A DNA stretch of 64,000 nucleotides, taken from positions 40,210 to 104,209 of the forward strand of contig JAXDQW010000039.1 of NCBI GenBank assembly GCA_034667665.1. Direction: 5' to 3'. Position 1 is the stretch's first letter; each line of letters starts with the position of its first letter. This document shows positions 44,646 through 54,064 of this stretch, piece after piece. The translations under genes were made by a program, and so were the position numbers. Origin of the DNA: Chthoniobacter sp. GTDB taxonomy: Bacteria > Verrucomicrobiota > Verrucomicrobiia > Chthoniobacterales > Chthoniobacteraceae. The notes beneath the pieces are model-generated. The model had not been told where the DNA came from. It made no database searches and saw only the letters and a program-made list of their open reading frames with translations.

Positions 44646-46450
44646 GAGGTCACTCCGGTTGGGGCGGGTGGCAGATCGAAATAGAATTCGCTGCCCTCGC
44701 CGGGGATGCTGTTGACGCCGATGGTGCCGCCCTGCGTGAGGACGATCTCCTTCGCGATCGCCAGGCCAAGACCCGCTCCGGTGACCTCCGAGCCCGGGAC
44801 GCGGAAGAAGCGGTCGAAGAGCTTCGCCTGGTATTGGGGAGGGATGCCGGGGCCGCGGTCGATGACCGAGAAGCGGACCTTACCGTCCACGTTCTTCGCG
44901 CGCAGGACGATCTCCTCGCCGGCTTTGGTGTGCTTCGCGGCGTTGGCGACGAAATTGGTCAAGACGTGGGCGATCTGGCGCTCATCGGCGGAGACCTGAG
45001 GCAGACCCGGCGTGATCTCCGTGACCAGGCGCGAGCCGCGCGATTCGACGAGCACTCGCAAATCCTCTCCAGCATTCTCGACCAATTCCTCCGGTTCCAC
45101 CAACTGGCTCAGGAGCGCGGTCTTTCCGGACTCCAGCTTCGCGAGATCGAGCAGGTCGTTAATCATGCGCAGCAGCCGCTCGGAGTCCTCGCGCGCGGCC
45201 AGCAGCAATTCCGTTTGCTGGTTGTTGAGCGCGCCGATTCGCTCTTCGAGCAGGAGGTGCAGACCCATGCGCACGCTGGTCAGGGGCGTCTTCAGCTCGT
45301 GGCTGACCGTCGAGACGAGATTCGTCTTTACCTCGTCGAGCAGGCGCAGGCGCGTCACGTCCTGTAGAATGACGGCCGCGCCGAAAATATGGCCCGCTTC
45401 ATCCCGCATCCCGATGACCCGCGGGAGCATGAAGACCTCGTGATCCTCCACCCGGAACACGATCACGCACTCGAAGCTCGTCGGGAGAAAATCAGGCGCG
45501 CCCTTGAAAACGCGGTCCACTTGCGCCAGCACGCCCAGCGGGAGGCCGTCTTTCTGTCCGACCTGGTGGAGGAATTTGTTCGCCGCGGGATTGGTGAAAT
45601 CGATCCGCCCATCGGAGGTGAGCGCGATGATCGGGTCGGGGAACGCCGAGAAGGTGATCCCCGTCATTTGCCGCGCCTGGAGAATCTGATCGCCCATCGC
45701 CTGGCGATAGGCGCGCAGCTTGGTCGCCATCTTGTTGAAGGTGTCGGCGAGCTGGCCGAGCTCATCCTGTGAAGTGACCGGCACAACTTGATCGAGCTTG
45801 CCGTCGCCGAGCTCCTTGGAGACCGCGGTGAGAGCGTGAATGGGCTGGAGGATCGAGCGCTGAAGCCGCGCGGCAAAGAAGATCGCGCCGGCGAGCCCCG
45901 CGACGAGCGCGCAGATCATGTAGCGCGTCGATTGCGCCGCGAGCCGGCGCGCCTCGCGATCGGCCTGCACCATGTTTTCCTGATTGAGGCGGATGATCTG
46001 CTGCGCGGTGTCCTTGATCTCGGTGAAGGCCGGCAACATCTCGCCGAAATACATCTTGCGCCGCGCCTCGGAGTCAGGCGTCGCCCAGACGGTCTCGGCG
46101 CGAGTTGCGTATTGCTCGTTCAACCGCCTCACCTTCTCCGCGAGTTCCGCTTCACCGGGGAGAGTGATATTGCCGAGCTCGGTGCGCAGGCTCTCGCGAA
46201 ACGCGGGCAGATTCTGCGCATACAGTTTGCGCCCGCGCTCTTCCTCGCCCGCGAGCGAGAAAAAGAGCGCGGAATCCATGCGCTCGGCGGTCTCTTTCAT
46301 TTGCTGGCCAGCCAGAACGCTGCGGAAGTTTTCGCGGAGGATGACATCGACGCGGTTGCCGAGTTTGGTGAAGAGCGTGACCGCATAGAGACCCATCGCC
46401 ACGAGCAGGATAAAGAGAGGTGCGAGACCCAGGAAGATGCGTTGCTTCAT
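44642..46450 (-). CDS. Sensor histidine kinase (TM, HAMP, PAS/GAF-like, HisKA, HATPase).
   Basis: 'VSHELKTPLTSV' H-box, 'LTNFVANAAKHT', 'DRGPGIP', 'GAGLGLAIAKEI'. Start at M32, 'MKQRIFLGLAPLFILLVAMGLYAV'. 4-nt overlap with the regulator gene. Confidence 0.9.
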   Translation of the reverse strand: MKQRIFLGLAPLFILLVAMGLYAVTLFTKLGNRVDVILRENFRSVLAGQQMKETAERMDSALFFSLAGEEERGRKLYAQNLPAFRESLRTELGNITLPGEAELAEKVRRLNEQYATRAETVWATPDSEARRKMYFGEMLPAFTEIKDTAQQIIRLNQENMVQADREARRLAAQSTRYMICALVAGLAGAIFFAARLQRSILQPIHALTAVSKELGDGKLDQVVPVTSQDELGQLADTFNKMATKLRAYRQAMGDQILQARQMTGITFSAFPDPIIALTSDGRIDFTNPAANKFLHQVGQKDGLPLGVLAQVDRVFKGAPDFLPTSFECVIVFRVEDHEVFMLPRVIGMRDEAGHIFGAAVILQDVTRLRLLDEVKTNLVSTVSHELKTPLTSVRMGLHLLLEERIGALNNQQTELLLAAREDSERLLRMINDLLDLAKLESGKTALLSQLVEPEELVENAGEDLRVLVESRGSRLVTEITPGLPQVSADERQIAHVLTNFVANAAKHTKAGEEIVLRAKNVDGKVRFSVIDRGPGIPPQYQAKLFDRFFRVPGSEVTGAGLGLAIAKEIVLTQGGTIGVNSIPGEGSEFYFDLPPAPTGVTS

Positions 46451-46776
46451 GCTGAACAGCGTGTCGGCGATTCCGCGCGGCGCCAGCCACCAGGAGTGGT
46501 GCAGCGAAGGGCAAGGAAGAGGCTGCGGAGAGTTTTCGACCACCGCTCCAAGCCGGAAATCCGAGGGCGCATGCGCTGCTTGAGGAATTGCGTTTTCATG
46601 GCAACCGCACCCTTAGCGCGCGCCATGCCATACGCCGCGCACGCCGCGCTAGCGTCTCATTAACAGCCGCTTACGAGTTGCTTCAAACTTCGGTCGCCCA
46701 TTTGCGTCGTGCATTCCGCACGATTCGATGGTTCCGCTTATTGCGATTTGCCCGAAGGAAAGCGATCGAAGCGAAC

Positions 46777-48096
46777 CTACCGCTTCTTGCGCTTGCGGTA
46801 GAGCGTGGCCGGATCGATGCCGAGGATCGTGGCCGCTTCATCCAGGGTGCGCGTGTTGGCGACGACGCGCCGAATGTGCTCCGCCTCGATCTGTTCCACC
46901 GTGAGGTTTCCACCCAGGCGGAGCTCGGACGCGGGTTGGATGGTGTCCGATAGATCAGCCGCCTCGATGACTTCGCCGCTGCACAAGATCACCATCCGTT
47001 CGATGACGTTGCGCAGCTCGCGGAGATTGCCCGGCCAGGCGTACTGGCGCATCGCTTCCAAGGCGTCAGGGGAGAAGCCACGCACCGTCTTGCCCGCATG
47101 CCCAGCGAGGAAAGTGAGCTGGCAAAGCGCGATTCTTTCGAGGTCGTTGAGGCGCTCGCGCAGCGGCGGCAGGCGGAGCGAGATGACATTCAGGCGGTAA
47201 AACAAATCTTCGCGAAATTTGCCCGCCCCGACGGCCTGCGAGAGGTCGCGGTTCGTCGCCGAGATCACGCGAACATTGGCCCGGCGCGGCTGCGTTTCGC
47301 CCACCCGCTCATATTCCCGCTCCTGCAAGAGCCGCAGGAGTTTCGCCTGAATGGCCAGCGGCAGCTCACCGATCTCATCGAGGAAAAGCGTGCCGCCATC
47401 CGCGGCCGCGACCTTGCCCTGCGTATCCGCATGCGCGCCAGTGAACGCGCCCTTCACGTGCCCGAACAAATCACTCTCCAACAGCTCCACCGAAAGGCTG
47501 GGACAACTCACGGTCACAAACGCCCCGCCCCGCCGCGGACTGCGCTGGTGCAGGGCCCGCGCGAGCACGCTCTTGCCGGTGCCGCTCTCGCCGAGCAGCA
47601 GGATGGTCGCCTCGCTGTCGGCCGCCTTGAAGGCCAGCTCGAGCGCCTTCTGCATCGCCGCGGATTGCGACGTGAGATCGTTCTCCGGTCCCTCCGCGCC
47701 CAGCCGCGACTCCAGCTCGGCTACGCGCCGCTCGAGCTTCCTGGTCTTGGCGATCCGCGCCAAAACCTGCCGCACCTGATCCGGCGTGCAGGGCTTCGGC
47801 AGATAGTCGAACGCGCCCCGCCGCATCGCTTCCACGGCGGTCTCGACTGACGCGTAAGCCGTGACCATCACCACGGCGGCTTGCGGTGCGAGGCGCAGGA
47901 TTTCCTCCAGGACATCGAGCCCGTTTTCCTGGCTGAGTTTGAGATCGAGGAGCACGACATCGAAGGGAGCCGCGCGCAACTGCGCCAAAGCGGTCGCGCT
48001 GTTGGGCGCCGACGTCACCGTGTGCTCCATCGATTCCAGCGTCATGGTCATCGTTCGGCGGATGTTTTTCTCGTCGTCAACAATCAGGATGCGCAT
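46777..48096 (-). CDS. Sigma-54-dependent response regulator (NtrC family: REC, AAA+ with GAFTGA, Fis-type HTH).
   Basis: 'MRILIVDDEKN', 'VLLDLKLSQENG', 'LLLGESGTGKS', 'KGAFTGA', 'GTLFLDEIGE', 'RVISATNRDL', 'FREDLFYRLNV', 'WPGNLRELRN'. The remaining 758 upstream codons of the ORF-track ORF are not credited. Confidence 0.93.
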   Translation of the reverse strand: MRILIVDDEKNIRRTMTMTLESMEHTVTSAPNSATALAQLRAAPFDVVLLDLKLSQENGLDVLEEILRLAPQAAVVMVTAYASVETAVEAMRRGAFDYLPKPCTPDQVRQVLARIAKTRKLERRVAELESRLGAEGPENDLTSQSAAMQKALELAFKAADSEATILLLGESGTGKSVLARALHQRSPRRGGAFVTVSCPSLSVELLESDLFGHVKGAFTGAHADTQGKVAAADGGTLFLDEIGELPLAIQAKLLRLLQEREYERVGETQPRRANVRVISATNRDLSQAVGAGKFREDLFYRLNVISLRLPPLRERLNDLERIALCQLTFLAGHAGKTVRGFSPDALEAMRQYAWPGNLRELRNVIERMVILCSGEVIEAADLSDTIQPASELRLGGNLTVEQIEAEHIRRVVANTRTLDEAATILGIDPATLYRKRKKR

Positions 48097-48267
48097 CGGG
48101 CGAACCGTAATGCTTCCGCGCGCGGTTGCCAGACTCGGAGGTTGCGGGCGAACGCTCCTCTTGTGACTTCGGGATCCCATCGGCAGATAGGCCTGGGAGC
48201 GGCGACACGGGCCCAACGGAAATACCGTTCCTGACTCTCGATTCGATTTACGCCATTGTGACGAAGC

Positions 48268-50202
48268 ATGCTCTCGAACTCCCAGCGCCTCGCCGCGGCT
48301 CTCTCGCTCACGTTTCTCGTGGGCGGCGCGGTGGGCTATCTCGCCGGCCATCGTGTGCCGCCCGCTGAGTCCGCGAGCACAAGTCGGACGCTCGATACCG
48401 GCGGGCCGTCCAGGCCTTCGCCGCGCTGGGCGGAAAATCATCGCAACGAGCCGGAGCGCGGCGCGGTCGAGCGCCCCGCCGAGGCGCTTTCGGCCGATGC
48501 CGACCTCGCCGGCTCCATCCTCGCGGCGGTGCGGGCGCGGGATTACTTCCGGCGCAGGCATGATATCTACGCGGTCGGACAACAACTCGGTCGCGACACG
48601 ATCCGCGCGGCGCTGGAGGCGACGCAGCAGTTTTCCGAAGCCGATCGCGAGAATGCCCAATATTCGCTCCTCGCGCGCTGGCTGGAACTCGATCCGGCAG
48701 CGGCTTACGAGTGGGTGGGCGCGCGGTCGAAGCAGAGCCAGCGTTCGGCTTTGACGCGGGAGTTTTTCCATTCGCTGGGACTGAAGGATCCCGCGACGGC
48801 GCTGACCTTCCTGAACCAGTCCAGGGCCGGTCCGAATCGTGGGGAGGATTTCACCTACAGCGTCTTCGAGGCGTGGTCCACCTACGATCCGAGCGCAGCC
48901 GTGGAGGCGGCGCTCAGCTTGCAGAAGAAGGAATCGCGCGGGTCCGCACTCGGCATCGCGCTGGGGCGCTGGGCAAAACGCGATCCGCAGGGCGCCCTCG
49001 CGCGCGTGGCGCAGATCGCGGATGCCGAAATGCGCGGCGACCAGCTCCGCACCGTGCTGCGCGAATGGGCGGAAGAGGATCCGCAGGCGGCGGCCGGCCA
49101 CGCCTTGGGCCTGCCGGCGGGCAAGGAACGCAACGACGCGCTCGCGAGCGTCATTTCCGGCACCGCGGCCACCGATCACGAGGCGGCGATGCGGCTGATC
49201 GAGCAGATGCCGGCCGGCACCGCGCGCAACCTGGCTCTCATGCGGATCGTGAGCGATCTCGGCTACAAGGAGCCGAAAGTGGCCGCCGAGTTTGTCCTCG
49301 CGCTGCCGCCGGGGCAGCAGCGCAGCTCGATGTATCAGGTCGTCACCGGTCTGGCCCGGCAGGATCGCGCGGCGGCGCTCGAATGGGCGGGCCGGCTGAC
49401 CAGCGGCGAGGCCCGCGCGGCCGCGGTGCAGAGAATTGTGCAGGAGTGGTCGTCCACTGATCCGAAAGCCGCCGCGGAGTATTGCGTGAGCAATGCGCTG
49501 GGAACACCCGAAATCGTGGGCAACGCGGTGACCAACTGGGCCCGCAACGATCCGCGCGAGGCGCTCGCCTGGGCGGTCGCGCTGCCCGCGGGCGCGCCGC
49601 GCGAGGCCGCCCTCGCCAGCGGCATCGCGGTGCTCGGCGCGAGCGATCCGCAGCAGGCCGCGAATCTGGCGACAACGCTGCTCAATGGACCAAAGCAGGC
49701 GCAGGCGCTCGGCAGCATTGCCGGGGCTTGGGCGGCGAAGGACCCCGGCGCGGCCGCCGCGTGGGCGGGACAATTGAGCGACTCCTCGACCCGCGAGAAC
49801 GCGGTCTCCAATGTGGCCTCCGCCTGGGCGCGGCAGGATCCCGCGGCCGCCGCGGCCTGGGCTTCGCGGACCCCCGAGACCGGCCAGGCGCTCTCGACGA
49901 TCACCCGGGAGTGGGCCGCGCAGGATTCGACGGCCGCGGCGAAATGGCTCGATACGCTCCCCTCGGGAGGGGCGCGCGACTCCGCCGTGATGAGCTTTTC
50001 GCAAGTGATGGCCGACGCCGACCCCGAGGGCGCGGCCGCCTGGGCGGCGACGATCTCGCAGCCGCAGCAGCGTGACAACGCGATTGGCGAAGTCTTTCGC
50101 CAATGGAAACGCGCCGATTCGAAATCCGCCGGCGTCTGGCTGCGCGCGACACCGGCACTTTCGGAGGAGGCGAGAGAGAGGATGCTGCGCTGGGAAAATT
50201 AG
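48268..50202 (+). CDS. Membrane-anchored Ala-rich repeat protein (about 13 HEAT/armadillo-like ~38-aa repeats, 'W...DP..A..W').
   Basis: N-terminal TM 'LAAALSLTFLVGGAVGYLAG'. Periodic 'EWAEEDPQAAAGHA', 'EWSSTDPKAAAEYC', 'NWARNDPREALAWA', 'AWAAKDPGAAAAWA', 'AWARQDPAAAAAWA', 'EWAAQDSTAAAKWL'. Confidence 0.75.
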   Translation: MLSNSQRLAAALSLTFLVGGAVGYLAGHRVPPAESASTSRTLDTGGPSRPSPRWAENHRNEPERGAVERPAEALSADADLAGSILAAVRARDYFRRRHDIYAVGQQLGRDTIRAALEATQQFSEADRENAQYSLLARWLELDPAAAYEWVGARSKQSQRSALTREFFHSLGLKDPATALTFLNQSRAGPNRGEDFTYSVFEAWSTYDPSAAVEAALSLQKKESRGSALGIALGRWAKRDPQGALARVAQIADAEMRGDQLRTVLREWAEEDPQAAAGHALGLPAGKERNDALASVISGTAATDHEAAMRLIEQMPAGTARNLALMRIVSDLGYKEPKVAAEFVLALPPGQQRSSMYQVVTGLARQDRAAALEWAGRLTSGEARAAAVQRIVQEWSSTDPKAAAEYCVSNALGTPEIVGNAVTNWARNDPREALAWAVALPAGAPREAALASGIAVLGASDPQQAANLATTLLNGPKQAQALGSIAGAWAAKDPGAAAAWAGQLSDSSTRENAVSNVASAWARQDPAAAAAWASRTPETGQALSTITREWAAQDSTAAAKWLDTLPSGGARDSAVMSFSQVMADADPEGAAAWAATISQPQQRDNAIGEVFRQWKRADSKSAGVWLRATPALSEEARERMLRWEN

Positions 50203-50340
50203 CTGGAGGCTCTCCGAAAAGGGTTCCGCCCGCCGCGTCAGCGGCGCCCGCGATTTACCCGCTCCATGACGAATACCCTTTTCGGAGCTATTGCGGCGGC
50301 CCCGTCGGCGGCGCCGTCGTTTCCCAGCAGCCTCGGCAAA

Positions 50341-50366
50341 CCTTTGCGCCTTTGCGTGAGGTTTTC
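50341..50366. repeat. Copy of the dispersed CTTTGCGCC motif.
   Basis: 'cctttgcgcctttgcgtgaggttttc'. Confidence 0.6.
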
Positions 50367-50420
50367 TCATCGCCGACTTTGGGTTTAATCACACCCGGAC
50401 CGTTCTGATGGGATGAAGAG

Positions 50421-52063
50421 CTACTGCGGTTCGGCGCTGCCCTCCACGCTGCGTTCCAATTCGCGGACCTGGCGCAACGCCCCGGCTAGATCCCACACGC
50501 ACATCTTGCCATCTTGGGCAGAAGCCACGATTCGCTTTTCTCCTGCCAGGATTTCCGCGCCGAACATTTTACCGCTGCCAACCAGAGATCCCCGGTGCCG
50601 GCTGGTCGCGACGTTCCAAATCTTGATCGCCGGAGGGCCGAAGGCCCGGCCGGTGACGGGCGCAAGGACATAACGGCCGTCCGCCGTCCACAGCACGCTC
50701 TTGATCGTCTCAGGCCGGTCATATTCGTACGGGCGCAACTCACTCACCAATCCGCCGTCGGCGACACGCCAGACGCGCAACCGGCAGTTCGTCCAATACC
50801 CGCCATCGGCTTGATGTACCGTCGCGACCGCAACTCGAGTCTGATCCGGCGAAAACGCCACGCGCTCGAGCCGGGCATCGCGGTCGAGCAGAGCGACCTC
50901 CCGCGACTTCTCCGAATCCCATAGCGCGATGCGATTTCCGCTGGCCTCGATAATCGCTCGCGGAACCTTCGCGGAGGGCACCCAGGCAACCACCTCCGCC
51001 GGCACTCGCGGAGCGCTCTCGCGCCGTTCCCAAGTCTTCGTGTCGAAGATGCGCACCGACGACTTGCTGCGACGGAGCACCACAAAACGGCCATCCAGCG
51101 TGAACTGCGGCTGGCTTAGGCTGGGCCAGAAATCATCGACTGTTGGCTCTTCAAGCTTCCGCAGTGGTTTCCACGTTTCGCGTCGAAGACGTGGCACATG
51201 TGCGGAGCTTCGACGACGGCAATTCGTCCATCGGGACTAAAGGTCAATCCCGTGGGCATGATATTGCCGCCCAGATCGATGTCTCTTTCCCACTCGAAGG
51301 TCCCGGCATTCCAGACGCGCAACGGTCCCTGCCACCCAGCCGCGACGACCTTGCGGCGATCCGGGCTCACCGCGAGCAGGCCATCGTTCTGGTCGTCATG
51401 CACACGGATCTTCCGGAGCGGCGAGATGCGCGGTGTCCAGATCTCGATATCCGCCTTGGTGGCGCGGAGCAGTTCAAGCACGGGCTCGGGAGCGTTGGCC
51501 CGGTCATAGAGATGCACCTGGACTCCCTTGGCGTCTTCGATGCGCACCACAAGACAGCGTCCCGCTGGCGGAAGTCGCTTCCCGTCCTCGGGTAACCGTG
51601 GGAGCAGCGATCGCACGCGATCGCGCAACGTGGCGGAAGCGTCGCTGCGTCCACCCTGAATACCACCCGAGTTGATGCGAAACGAATGGAGCGCGCCCGT
51701 GGTCGTCAGCTCGCACCCGCGGAAATTGGCGCTGAAAAACCCGCGCGTATCCGGCGAAGCCTCGCGGTCTTCCTCTTCGACTGCGAACAGGGTCACCCAT
51801 GCTGGAGGGCTGGGCTCGGCGGTGCTCAAACGCCGCATTGCGAATCCAGGCGTGTCGGCATAGCTCTGCACCCATTCGTCATAAGTGATTGAGAGTTTCT
51901 TCTCCGGTCTGCTCTTGGCGGAAGCCTTTCCCACAGGTTCCGCGGTCGCGATTAGACTAAGGGCTACTAACCACGTAACAATGAGCCGCAGGCAAATGGA
52001 GTGGGGCTGCGCGATCGCTTCCCGCACGGTGGCCTGGATCACTTTCGGTAAGTTCAAGTTCAT
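50421..52063 (-). pseudogene. Signal-anchored WD40-like beta-propeller protein split by a -1 frameshift near 51174-51178.
   Basis: ORFs 51116..52213 and 50421..51197 overlap by 82 nt in different frames. '...MCHVFDAK' (frame A) joins 'TWKPLRKLEEP...' (frame C) if one A is added to the AAA run. The joined 'FDAKTWK' mirrors the downstream repeat 'FDTKTWE'. Confidence 0.65.
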
Positions 52064-52127
52064 CGATGGAAAGGATCTTCCTTTGTGCCATCGCACTGCT
52101 TCATGCGCACGGGCACAAACTGGCAGG

Positions 52128-53783
52128 TTACGGCATCGCGTAACGATCGACTTTGCGGGTGACGAAATCCACGACCCATAACTCGCACAAATCGATCGTG
52201 CGCAGATGCACACCGCCCAAATCGAAGAGTTGGACGATGTGGCGGATCACATCGACTACCGCGATTTCCTTCCGCGTGGTCACGGTGACATCTTCGGGAC
52301 TGAACAGGGCGGCGGGCTCGAGGCTGGACTCGGACTCGTGTTTCCAGCGTGATTTTCCAGCCGGGTCGAAGCCGATCAGTTCGTGGGTCATCGTGTAGCG
52401 CTGATCTCGCGTGGCCAGCGCGACGAAGCCGCCGTCGCCGGTTCCGGCCACGGACTCAATGGACGGGCAGTCGAAGCCCTTAATCTCCTCAAGCGATCGC
52501 TTTTCGGTCTCGAGCCACCAACCGCGCGCCTTGCCTTCGATCCCACCGGCCGAAGCGGTCACGAGCCAGCGCGAGTTCGCGATCCACGCGAGGCGCGTTT
52601 TCGAGGCGGCCGGCGTGGGCAGCGCGACTTCGGAGAGGAGCCGGCCGGATTGCTCGATCAGCACGAACGCGTACGCCTCCCGGTTGTCGCGTCGCAGGAA
52701 ACCGATGTGCCCGTCCCCATCGAATGCGAACTCGTCGATGCCGCGGATCGGCCCGTGCGGCGAATGGTCGCCCAAGACAAAGCTGCCGAGGTGGGGAAGC
52801 GGACGCTTCTTGGCGACGAGTGCGGCCTTCTCTTCGGCAGGCGGCGCGTATTTTTCGCGGGCCAGCTCCTTCACGCTCCAGCCTTTTGGCGCGGCCGGAT
52901 CGCGGCGTGCCTCGAAGCGCACGCGCTCACCGGTCGCCGCGAACCACAGCTCGAAAAGGCCCGGCTCCGAGGCGCGCAAAATCGCACCTGACTGCCGCAC
53001 TTTTCGCTGCAAGCGGCTCTCCGCCTCTTCGTTGTTGGCGATCGTATAATCTCCCGGCAATTCCAGCGACCAGACGGAACCTCCGTCGAAATCGCAGAGC
53101 GTGAACAACGCGCCGGATTTCTCGGTGCCCTGATCGTAGCGCCACCAATGCACGAGCGTGAGCGGCAATTCCACCACGGCCCTGGCGCTGACGACATAGC
53201 GCGCCGCGTCCGTGGCAACCGCCGTGGAGCGCAACTCGAAGCGTTTCACCGCTTCGCCAGTCGAGAGCCGGTAAACCCACCAGCTTTCGCCGCTGTCCGA
53301 GCCGATGCGCAGGGTGAACCGATCATCGCGCGGGTGGAGCATGAAGCCTTCGGCGACGGGCTCCGGCGACGCGTGTATCGCGCCACTATGGGCGCGCTTC
53401 ACCGTCTCATTGAGTCGCACGGCGCCCGCCGCATCGAGGATCACCACGTGCAAGCTGCCCGGTCCATCCTTGTAACCGCCGTGCCCCATGCCTTCGAGCC
53501 CGTGGCTGTATGCGTATCCCGCCGTGATGCCGTCGTCGCTCACCGCCGCGTCGCAAAGCGCGTAGGGCAACTCCGCGTGCCACACCTCCTTGCCGTCGGT
53601 GCTCATCCGATAGCTGCCCTTGCCGCGGCCATAAAGATCGCTCGGATCGATCTCCAAAGACCACTTCGCCGATGGCGAGAGGTAAGTCTTCACGTGCACC
53701 ACCGGTGGCGAATCCTGCCCCTTGGCCGCGACACCGAGAAGAGCCACGGCACAGATCAGCGCAGCAGGGCGTGGAAATCTCAT
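52128..53783 (-). CDS. Hypothetical secreted protein (551 aa).
   Basis: Signal peptide 'MRFPRPAALICAVALLGVAAKGQ'. No family recognised. Confidence 0.65.
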   Translation of the reverse strand: MRFPRPAALICAVALLGVAAKGQDSPPVVHVKTYLSPSAKWSLEIDPSDLYGRGKGSYRMSTDGKEVWHAELPYALCDAAVSDDGITAGYAYSHGLEGMGHGGYKDGPGSLHVVILDAAGAVRLNETVKRAHSGAIHASPEPVAEGFMLHPRDDRFTLRIGSDSGESWWVYRLSTGEAVKRFELRSTAVATDAARYVVSARAVVELPLTLVHWWRYDQGTEKSGALFTLCDFDGGSVWSLELPGDYTIANNEEAESRLQRKVRQSGAILRASEPGLFELWFAATGERVRFEARRDPAAPKGWSVKELAREKYAPPAEEKAALVAKKRPLPHLGSFVLGDHSPHGPIRGIDEFAFDGDGHIGFLRRDNREAYAFVLIEQSGRLLSEVALPTPAASKTRLAWIANSRWLVTASAGGIEGKARGWWLETEKRSLEEIKGFDCPSIESVAGTGDGGFVALATRDQRYTMTHELIGFDPAGKSRWKHESESSLEPAALFSPEDVTVTTRKEIAVVDVIRHIVQLFDLGGVHLRTIDLCELWVVDFVTRKVDRYAMP

Positions 53784-53838
53784 TGAGGAAGAAGGTAGCC
53801 GAACAAGCGCCTGGCAGCCTGTCTTATTGAGCGTGTGG

Positions 53839-54041
53839 CAGCCGCGGAGCGGCGCAAACCCGAGTGGCCGTGGTCGAGCGGAGCGAGGCCACGGACCAGA
53901 GGATTGATGCGCAAGCCGCGTAGCGGCGACACCGCTTGCGGAAAATGTTTCGCCGCTGACGCGGCTGTCCCGCGTTTTCCCGAATCCGTGGCCTCGCGGT
54001 GCTCGACCACGGCTATTCGGGTTGGTGCCGCTCCGCGGCTG
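53839..54041. repeat. About 200-bp element bounded by ~57-bp imperfect inverted repeats.
   Basis: CAGCCGCGGAGCGGC...GCCGTGGTCGAGCGGAGCGAGGCCACGGA (53839-53895) is the approximate reverse complement of TCCGTGGCCTCGCGGTGCTCGACCACGGC...GCCGCTCCGCGGCTG (53985-54041). Confidence 0.75.
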
Positions 54042-54064
54042 AAACTCTCGAGTCCGACAGGCTG

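Noticed and set aside
46600-46640. Candidate sigma54 promoter upstream of the kinase/kdp operon (minus strand TGGCAT-GGCGC-GCGCT).
   Set aside because: Only the GG-N10-GC skeleton matches, and the -12 TTGC element is absent. It is too weak to call without a scoring matrix or transcript mapping.
48097-50370. Upstream 758 codons of the 1197-aa minus-strand ORF (46777..50370).
   Set aside because: The NtrC-type protein begins cleanly at 'MRILIVDDEKN' (48096). The upstream part is Arg/Gly/Pro-rich and antisense to the regular repeat protein at 48268..50202.
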